NCBI GenBank assembly: GCA_031372065.1
Contig: JANMKN010000008.1
Span: 1-64,000, forward strand
Source of the DNA: Abditibacteriaceae bacterium
GTDB lineage: Bacteria; Armatimonadota; Abditibacteriia; Abditibacteriales; Abditibacteriaceae
Reading direction: 5' to 3'
Length of the DNA: 64,000 bases
Below, piece after piece: positions 57,606-64,000 of the stretch. Made by a program: the position numbers and the translations under genes. The notes beneath the pieces were generated by a model. That model was not told the origin of the DNA. It searched no databases and saw only the letters and a program-made list of their open reading frames with translations. Position 1 is the first letter of the stretch. Every line of letters starts with the position of its first letter.

Positions 57606-58421
57606 ATGCCCGCTTTAAAAAACGTTGCTTTTCAGCTTTTTCTTCGTTCTGGCCTTGTTCCTGTGCGCGATGTTTTGGCGGCGCGGCGTGGCAAAGCGCG
57701 GGCGGTAATTCTTTGCTATCACCGCATCGGTGAAGCCGATGTTTTGACCACTACGCCGCATAATTTTCAGCGCGATTTAGAGTATTTGAAAACGCATTTT
57801 CAATGTCTTGCGTTGGCCGATTTATGCGCCCGCTTAAAAAATGGCCGCTTGGACGCGCCTTCGCTGGCCATCACCTTCGATGATGGCTACCGCGATAATT
57901 TCACGCACGCCGTTCCGCTTTTGAAAGCCGCAGATATTCCAGCCACGTTTTTTGTTTCGACGGGCTTTATGAACACGGAGCGCGTTTTCGCGCACGACGA
58001 ACATGAACCACGCGATTTTCCGAAAATGACGTGGGATGATTTGCGCGCCATGCAAAACGATGGCTTTGAAATCGGCTCTCACACCGTCAATCACGCCGAT
58101 ATGGGTGCGATTTCGCAAGAAAAGCTGGAAACGGAATTGCAGGAGTCACTGGCCGCGCTGAACCATGCTTTGGGCGAAAGGCCGCGTGCTTTTGCCTTTC
58201 CCTATGGCAAACCGCGTAATGTGCCGGTGCGGGCCATCGGCGCGGCGCGGCGCGCGGGTTATTACGCGGCGTTTTCGGCTTATGGCGGCGATAATCAGCC
58301 GGGCGCCGATTTATTTCGCTTGCGCCGCGTGGATGCGGGCAACGGTTTGATGAATCATACGGCGTGGCAGGCGCGAATCGCTGGATGCGACCCGGATTTT
58401 TGGCGATACACACGAAAATAA
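57606..58421 (+). CDS. Polysaccharide deacetylase (CE4/NodB-like)
   Basis: ILCYHRI, ITFDDGYRDN, PATFFV, IGSHTVNH, FAFPYG. Confidence 0.92.
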   Translation: MPALKNVAFQLFLRSGLVPVRDVLAARRGKARAVILCYHRIGEADVLTTTPHNFQRDLEYLKTHFQCLALADLCARLKNGRLDAPSLAITFDDGYRDNFTHAVPLLKAADIPATFFVSTGFMNTERVFAHDEHEPRDFPKMTWDDLRAMQNDGFEIGSHTVNHADMGAISQEKLETELQESLAALNHALGERPRAFAFPYGKPRNVPVRAIGAARRAGYYAAFSAYGGDNQPGADLFRLRRVDAGNGLMNHTAWQARIAGCDPDFWRYTRK

Positions 58422-58435
58422 CAGCATAAAATATT

Positions 58436-59560
58436 ATGAGGGGGATAGAAAAAATTACAACGCGCGAAGCATTCCAAGCCCTCGCGCCCGAATGGAACAG
58501 CCTATTGGAGCGTAGTGCTGCCAACACTATCGCGCTGACGCATGAATGGCTGACGACTTGGTGGGATGTCTTTGGCAAAGGTCGCGAACTATGTATTCTT
58601 TTGGTGCGCGATGGAGCGAATTTAATAGGCATCGCGCCACTGCTAAAACGACGTGTTTCATCCATTGGCCTCGGCGTGACGCGGCTGGAGTTTTTGGCTT
58701 CGGGCGAAGACGAAGCCGACGAAATCTGCTCCGATTATCTGGATTTTATTTTCGAGCGCGGACGCGAAAGCGATGCGCTCACTGGAATTTGCCATTATCT
58801 GCGCGAAGTCGAAACCGATTGGGACGAATGGCTGCTCACAGAACTCATCGAAACTTCGCCGACGGTGGCTTTACTCGTCACACAATGCGCCAACCATAGC
58901 ATCAAATGCGAAGTTTCGAGCATCGGCGAGGCGGTTTATTTGCCGTTGGAACAAGATTGGAACACTTTAGTGGATAGGATGCCACGCAAACTACGCTATC
59001 AAATTCGTCAGGATGCAAAGGCGGCGGAGTTGGGCGGTTACACCTTGAAAATTGTAGAAGATGCCGCTGGTTTTGAAGACGCGTTTCAAGAGTTCATTGC
59101 TTTGCATGAAAGTTCATGGCTGGCTCGCGGCTCGTCCGGTGTGTTTGTCAGCGAAATTTTCACGCGTTTTCATCGCGAATTGGCCAAAAAACTGTTGCTC
59201 CAAGGGCGAATTCGTTTTTATCTTTTGCAAGACGAGAACCAATTTCACGCGGGTTTACACGTTTTTATCTACGACAACAAAGCGTATTTTTATCAAAGTG
59301 GTTTCGCTTCCACAGGCCCGGTGCGCTCGCCCGGCACGCTGGTTCGCAACATGGCGATTCGCCACGCCATGAGTTCGGGCCTACGCGAATGGGATTTCCT
59401 GAAAGCCGAGCCAAACAGCTACAAATATCGCTGGAGCAATCACAAACGCCAATTAGTGCAGATTCGCGTCGCCAAACCGCAGGCCAAAGAAACAGTGCGC
59501 GCTTCCGCCACCTTTGTTTTCAATGAGTTGCGCAAAGTCAAACTCGCCTTAAAAAGATGA
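58436..59560 (+). CDS. GNAT acetyltransferase, CelD/BcsL-like
   Basis: LAPEWNSL...THEWLTTWW, LIGIAPL, SDYLDF, YFYQSG..SPG, WDFL...YKYRW. Confidence 0.85.
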   Translation: MRGIEKITTREAFQALAPEWNSLLERSAANTIALTHEWLTTWWDVFGKGRELCILLVRDGANLIGIAPLLKRRVSSIGLGVTRLEFLASGEDEADEICSDYLDFIFERGRESDALTGICHYLREVETDWDEWLLTELIETSPTVALLVTQCANHSIKCEVSSIGEAVYLPLEQDWNTLVDRMPRKLRYQIRQDAKAAELGGYTLKIVEDAAGFEDAFQEFIALHESSWLARGSSGVFVSEIFTRFHRELAKKLLLQGRIRFYLLQDENQFHAGLHVFIYDNKAYFYQSGFASTGPVRSPGTLVRNMAIRHAMSSGLREWDFLKAEPNSYKYRWSNHKRQLVQIRVAKPQAKETVRASATFVFNELRKVKLALKR

Positions 59561-60699
59561 CGACTTCGGCCACGCAAATCATCCTTGCTCAAAACGCGGA
59601 ACAATTGGCGCCCCACATCGCCGCGTGGGATGATTTGGCCGCTCATGCCATCGAACCCAATGTCTTCTACGAATCGTGGCATTTGCTGCCCGCTTTACGC
59701 GTTTTTGGCGAAGAAAATTTCTATTTCGTCCTCGTTTTTGCCAAACAACACGACCAAACGTCGCTGTTATGCGGCTTTTTCCCGCTGCAAATGCGCCGTC
59801 GCTACAAAGGCGTGCCGCTGCGTGTTTTGGCATTGTGGAATCACGATTACTGTTCGCTTTGCACGCCTTTAATACGCGCCGGATTTGAAACCGAAATCCT
59901 GAACGCCTTTTTGGATTGGTTCAACGATAATAGCGGCGCGGCTTTGTTAGAAATGGAAGAAGTCAGCGCCGACGGCTTGTTTCAGCGCTTTTGGATTGAC
60001 GCCTTGCATGAGCGCGGCGCACTTGGTTTTACGGATGCACTTTACACGCGCGCCTTTTTGAAGCCATCGCCCGACAGTGCCGAAGATTACTTGCACAAGG
60101 CGCTTTCACGCAAGCGGCGCAAAGAATGGAAGCGCCTCGAAAACCGTCTCGGAGAATTGGGCTGTCTAAACTATGAAATCATCGAAGAAAGCGCGGTTTC
60201 GCAAGGCATCGAAGAGTTTCTGCAACTCGAAAGTGCCGGTTGGAAAGGCCGCGCCGGAACTGCGTTTTCTAACCAAGAAAGTCATCGCGCGTTTTTTCGC
60301 GAGATCGCACATGAAGCCGCGCGGCGCGGGCGTTTGATGCTGCTCGCTTTGAAAGTCAACGGACGCCCGATAGCGATGAAATTCAATTTATTGGCTGGCG
60401 ACGGCTCATTTGCCTGCAAAATCGCTTTTGATGAAGAGTTTTCGCGCTTTTCGCCGGGCGTTTTGCTGGAATTGGACAATATCCGGCGCTTGCAGCAAAA
60501 CTCAAACTTGCACTGGATGGATTCCTGTGCGATTCCCGATCATTTTATGATAAATCGCTTGTGGACAGAGCGCCGCCTGATTCAAAATTCGGTGCTGTCG
60601 GCGGGGAAATTTTCGGGCGATTTGGTCGTTTCGTTATTGCCGCTTTTGCGCTTTGTCAAAAGACGCTTGCAACGAAAACGGAGGATACATCATCACTAA
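59557..60699 (+). CDS. GNAT acetyltransferase, CelD/BcsL-like (second type)
   Basis: AWDDLAAHAIEPNVFYE, LCTPLI, FLQLESAGWKG, KIAFDE..FSPGVLL, MDSCA.PDH.MINRLW. Confidence 0.85.
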   Translation: MTTSATQIILAQNAEQLAPHIAAWDDLAAHAIEPNVFYESWHLLPALRVFGEENFYFVLVFAKQHDQTSLLCGFFPLQMRRRYKGVPLRVLALWNHDYCSLCTPLIRAGFETEILNAFLDWFNDNSGAALLEMEEVSADGLFQRFWIDALHERGALGFTDALYTRAFLKPSPDSAEDYLHKALSRKRRKEWKRLENRLGELGCLNYEIIEESAVSQGIEEFLQLESAGWKGRAGTAFSNQESHRAFFREIAHEAARRGRLMLLALKVNGRPIAMKFNLLAGDGSFACKIAFDEEFSRFSPGVLLELDNIRRLQQNSNLHWMDSCAIPDHFMINRLWTERRLIQNSVLSAGKFSGDLVVSLLPLLRFVKRRLQRKRRIHHH

Positions 60700-60727
60700 T
60701 CAAATTCATCTGCGCGCCAATGATTTG

Positions 60728-61576
60728 ATGGCATTGGAGGCCGCGATTTTCAAAGAGAAATTCAACCGCAAGCCATTTTTGGTTGGGCATAAATTAGCCG
60801 ATCATCCTTTGTTTTCGCTGTCTCGCCTCATTGAATTGGCCCGTCAACTGCCCGAAGAACACGTCAAATACACTTCCGGCGATGTTTCAGTGGCGCAGGG
60901 CCTCTACAAAGGGCCGCGCACCGGATTATCCCTTGAAGACACCATGCGGCAGATTGAAGATTGCCGCTCGTGGATGGTGTTGAAATTTGTGGAAAACGAT
61001 CCCGAATACCGCGCTCTTTTGCATCAATTGCTGGAAGAAATCGGCGCACAAAGCGAGCCGCTTTATCCGGGAATGCAGCGCCGCTCCGGTTTTATTTTTG
61101 TGTCGTCGCCGGGTTCGACCACGCCGTTTCACATTGATCCCGAATTCAATTTTTTGTTGCAGGTGCGAGGCTCAAAAATCTTTCATATTTGGAACGAATC
61201 AGACCGCGCGGTCTTGGCCGAACACGACCTCGAACAAAACTATGTTCAAGGCGGCGGCTATCATTTGCCGTTTCAGGAAGAATTTAATCAACGCGCGCAG
61301 GTTTTCACGCTAACTCCCAATACAGGCTTGCACGTTCCGGTCAACGCGCCGCATTGGGTCAAGGTGGAGAACGAAGTTTCGATTTCGTTTAGCATCACCT
61401 TTCACACACCGTGGACGGAGCAACGCGAAGCGGTTTACGGCATGAACGGGCATCTACGCAAAATGAAAATCAACCCGGCACCTTTTGGCGAATCGGCCAC
61501 CAGCGACGCCTTAAAATATAATGCCATGCGCGCCTTGCGACGCGCCAAAAAACTGACCAAAAAAGATACCGATTAA
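60728..61576 (+). CDS. JmjC/cupin-like 2OG-Fe(II) oxygenase
   Basis: GFIFVSSPGSTTPFHIDPEFNFLLQVRGSK...HVPVNAPHWV (HxD...H triad); true start may be slightly upstream. Confidence 0.82.
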   Translation: MALEAAIFKEKFNRKPFLVGHKLADHPLFSLSRLIELARQLPEEHVKYTSGDVSVAQGLYKGPRTGLSLEDTMRQIEDCRSWMVLKFVENDPEYRALLHQLLEEIGAQSEPLYPGMQRRSGFIFVSSPGSTTPFHIDPEFNFLLQVRGSKIFHIWNESDRAVLAEHDLEQNYVQGGGYHLPFQEEFNQRAQVFTLTPNTGLHVPVNAPHWVKVENEVSISFSITFHTPWTEQREAVYGMNGHLRKMKINPAPFGESATSDALKYNAMRALRRAKKLTKKDTD

Positions 61577-61585
61577 ACTCAGCGC

Positions 61586-62602
61586 GTGAGCAAACGAGAA
61601 TTAGTGGCGACCTTCTTGGGCAACGGGTTCACACAACCGTTTTGGCGATTGGCGCCGGATAGCGGTTGTTTGCGCATTCTCGCTTATCATCGCGTGTGGG
61701 ACGAAGCGCCCGAAACCTTCGCTTTCGACGAAGAACTCATTAGTGCCAGCAGCGAAGATTTTCATCGTCAGATGTCATGGGCCAAGCGGCATTTCGAGAT
61801 TTTATCATTCGCCGATTTGCACGTTTGCGCACAGGAAAATCGTCCTTGGCCGCGTCGCGCGCTGATTGTCACTTTCGATGACGGCTATGCCGATAATTAC
61901 ACCCACGCCTTTCCGATTCTTAAAGAATTAAATTTGCCCGCCACGATTTTTTTGTCTACCAGTTACATCGAGGCACCGCGCTTATTTTGGTGGGACTTAA
62001 TTGCCTACTGCGTGAAACAAACCAAACTTTCCAAAATTAAATTGCCCGATGTTTCGCCGCAGGCTTTGTCTTTTGAAAGCGAAAGGGCGCGGCGCGTGAC
62101 GATAAACAAGATTTTATCGTGGATCAAAAGTGTGCCTGACAATGTAAAAAATATATTTTTAGAAAAATTGCCAGAGCTTTTGCAAGTGAGTTTGCCCGAC
62201 GACATTTCGAGCGCCACCCAGATGAGTTGGCATCAAGTGCGCGAAATGGCGCAAAACGGCATCGAATTTGGCGGCCATTCCGTGACGCATCCGATTTTGT
62301 CAAACATTGGCGCAAGGCAATTGGAAACCGAAATCGCCGAGTGTAAACGCGAAATCGAAGATCATTTAGGCCGTGAAACACTGGTTTTTTCGTATCCCAA
62401 CGGCCAATCGAATCCTGCTGTGCATAAAGCAGTGCAACGCGCCGGTTATGCTTATTCCACAGCATATTCGCCCGGCGTGGCGCATCCGGCTGCGGGTTCT
62501 TACAGTCTGCCACGCATCGCAGTCGAAACCGATTTCTCTTTTGCGATTTTTCAGGCCAATTTATTGTTTCCCAGCATTATGTTGCGAGGTTTGAGTCAGT
62601 GA
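61586..62602 (+). CDS. Polysaccharide deacetylase (CE4) with helical insert
   Basis: ILAYHRV, VTFDDGYADN, PATIFL, FWWD, GGHSVTHPILS, FSYPNG. Confidence 0.92.
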   Translation: MSKRELVATFLGNGFTQPFWRLAPDSGCLRILAYHRVWDEAPETFAFDEELISASSEDFHRQMSWAKRHFEILSFADLHVCAQENRPWPRRALIVTFDDGYADNYTHAFPILKELNLPATIFLSTSYIEAPRLFWWDLIAYCVKQTKLSKIKLPDVSPQALSFESERARRVTINKILSWIKSVPDNVKNIFLEKLPELLQVSLPDDISSATQMSWHQVREMAQNGIEFGGHSVTHPILSNIGARQLETEIAECKREIEDHLGRETLVFSYPNGQSNPAVHKAVQRAGYAYSTAYSPGVAHPAAGSYSLPRIAVETDFSFAIFQANLLFPSIMLRGLSQ

Positions 62603-63699
62603 CAACATCGAATTCATTTCCTCTTCGCGTGATGCAGGTCACTTGGTCACTGGTGGCTGGCGGCGCGGAAATTTACGCGCTGACCATCGCCTCGCGTCTC
62701 GACAAAACCCGTTTCGTGGCGCTGATGTGCGCGATGGATCAAGGTGGCGCCATCGAACCCGAAGTGAAAAAGTGCGGCTTGCCTTATTTCATTATGAAGC
62801 GCCGCCCCGGTATTGATTGGCGCTTGTTTGGCCGCTTGCATCGCTTGTTTCGACGCCAAAAAATAGATGTTTTGCAAACGCATCACTTCAATCAATTGTT
62901 TTACAGCGCGCCCGGCGCAAAATTGCTCGGCATTCGCATTTTTCACACCGAACACGATGTCGAATTAGCCAAAAAACCGCGCTTGCGTTTAGCGTTGAAA
63001 ATATTATCGTTGTTTTGCGACAAAATGATCGCCATCGGTGATGAAACCGCGCAAATGTATCGCGATTTGGGTATTCCCGATGAGAAAATTGAAATCGTTC
63101 GTGCCGGAGTGGAACTGTCATCGTTCGATGAATCGCAAGCCGCAGCACGGCACGAATTGAATTTGGAAGCGACACATCGCGTGGCGATTATCGTGGCGCG
63201 CTTATTTCCCGAAAAAAATCATCGTTTGTTATTGGATGCATTCGCACAAGCGGCAAAAGACCAACCCGATTTTCGTTTGCTTATCGCAGGCGAAGGCACG
63301 CAAGCCGAAGCGATTCGCGCACAAATTGCAGCCTTAAAGTTAACTTCGCAAGTGCAAATGCTCGGCGTGCGGCGCGATGTGCCGCGTTTATTGGCGGCGA
63401 GCGATGTTTTTGTTTTGTCGTCTGACCGCGAAGGTTTGCCTATAGCCGTTTTAGAAGCAATGGCGGCGGCGCGTCCGGTTGTAGCAACCGCAGTAGGCAA
63501 TGTGCCGGATGTCGTGTGTGATGGCGAAACCGGGCGTTTGGTGCCTCCCGGCGATGAAAAAGCCTTGGCGGAGGCGCTGAAAGACTTGTTAGGCGACAAA
63601 GCGCGCGCTGAAAATTTGGGCATTGCCGCGCGCGAAGCCGTGCGTGTTTACGATGTGAGTTATATGATTGAGCGTTACGAAAAGTTATTCAATCATTAA
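62599..63699 (+). CDS. Glycosyltransferase family 4 (GT-B)
   Basis: GGAE, HTEH, VARLFPEKNH, DVFVLSSDREGLPIAVLEAMAAARPVV. Confidence 0.93.
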   Translation: MTTSNSFPLRVMQVTWSLVAGGAEIYALTIASRLDKTRFVALMCAMDQGGAIEPEVKKCGLPYFIMKRRPGIDWRLFGRLHRLFRRQKIDVLQTHHFNQLFYSAPGAKLLGIRIFHTEHDVELAKKPRLRLALKILSLFCDKMIAIGDETAQMYRDLGIPDEKIEIVRAGVELSSFDESQAAARHELNLEATHRVAIIVARLFPEKNHRLLLDAFAQAAKDQPDFRLLIAGEGTQAEAIRAQIAALKLTSQVQMLGVRRDVPRLLAASDVFVLSSDREGLPIAVLEAMAAARPVVATAVGNVPDVVCDGETGRLVPPGDEKALAEALKDLLGDKARAENLGIAAREAVRVYDVSYMIERYEKLFNH

Positions 63700-63755
63700 C
63701 GATTTACTAACCCTTCAACGAAGCGAGACGGACAAACTATCATCCAACAATAGCG

Positions 63756-63777
63756 GGGCGCCAATGCGCCCTTTTTT
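63756..63777 (+). terminator. Intrinsic terminator after the GT4 gene
   Basis: GGGCGC-CAAT-GCGCCC-TTTTTT. Confidence 0.65.
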
Positions 63778-63835
63778 GTTGTTTGGCGACTTTATTTGAG
63801 TGGCATATTTTGAATTTTGCGACAGGAGGCGATGA

Positions 63836-64000
63836 GTGAACACTAAATCAGGCGGCGCGCTGCAAATTATCCAAAACGTGCTGGTGAACTGGGCCGCGTA
63901 TGCCGTCACTATTCTCATCGGCTTTTTCATGTCGCCTTTTCTGGTGCGCTACTTGGGCGACCCGGTTTACGGCGTGTGGACGCTGCTTGGCTCGCTGACC
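63836..64000 (+). CDS. Oligosaccharide flippase (Wzx-like), 3'-truncated by window edge
   Basis: AGGAGG RBS then GTG; MNTKSGGALQIIQNVLVNWAAYAVTILIGFFMSPFLVRYLGDPVYGVWTLLGSLT; not in the ORF track. Confidence 0.8.
   Translation, partial: MNTKSGGALQIIQNVLVNWAAYAVTILIGFFMSPFLVRYLGDPVYGVWTLLGSLT

Overview
Bacterial chromosomal window, moderately GC-rich with many GCGC motifs. Gene content and style suggest an Armatimonadota/Abditibacteriota-like organism, but this is an unverified guess. Left to right: (1) a caspase-domain gene truncated by the window start, a TPR-CHAT protease, a cyclase-STAND-TPR protein, an ADP-ribosylglycohydrolase and a dual-specificity phosphatase; (2) a two-subunit molybdo-oxidoreductase with XdhC- and MocA-type maturases; (3) a VanY-like peptidase and a MoxR-bpX5-vWA-bpX6 ternary conflict-type operon whose bpX6 protein carries a multi-TM insert; (4) osmC, tRNA-Ala(CGC) and an archaemetzincin; (5) a ~15-kb minus-strand sugar-utilisation run (GH78 rhamnosidase, DUF4832-like hydrolase, MBOAT fusion, CUT2 ABC transporter, GH13); (6) DUF3616, NupC, dehydrogenase, isomerase, MFS-spermidine synthase fusion, GT39-like and MutS2 genes; (7) three tandem internally duplicated ABC-2 permeases; (8) the start of an exopolysaccharide cluster. 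The most unusual signal is non-coding. Two unannotated ~225-235 aa proteins, both probably helical and both ending in a Thr/Pro tail with ...PTS, each sit downstream of a repeat tract (a 42-bp palindromic tandem array, and an 83-bp/21-bp repeat) and bracket the sugar run in outward-facing orientation. A third 21-bp array lies between two synonymously diverged copies of a gene's last 10 codons. Several REP/MITE-like palindromes are also present, including an in-frame heptamer-repeat insert in mutS2. Family assignments come from motif recognition only; no searches were run.
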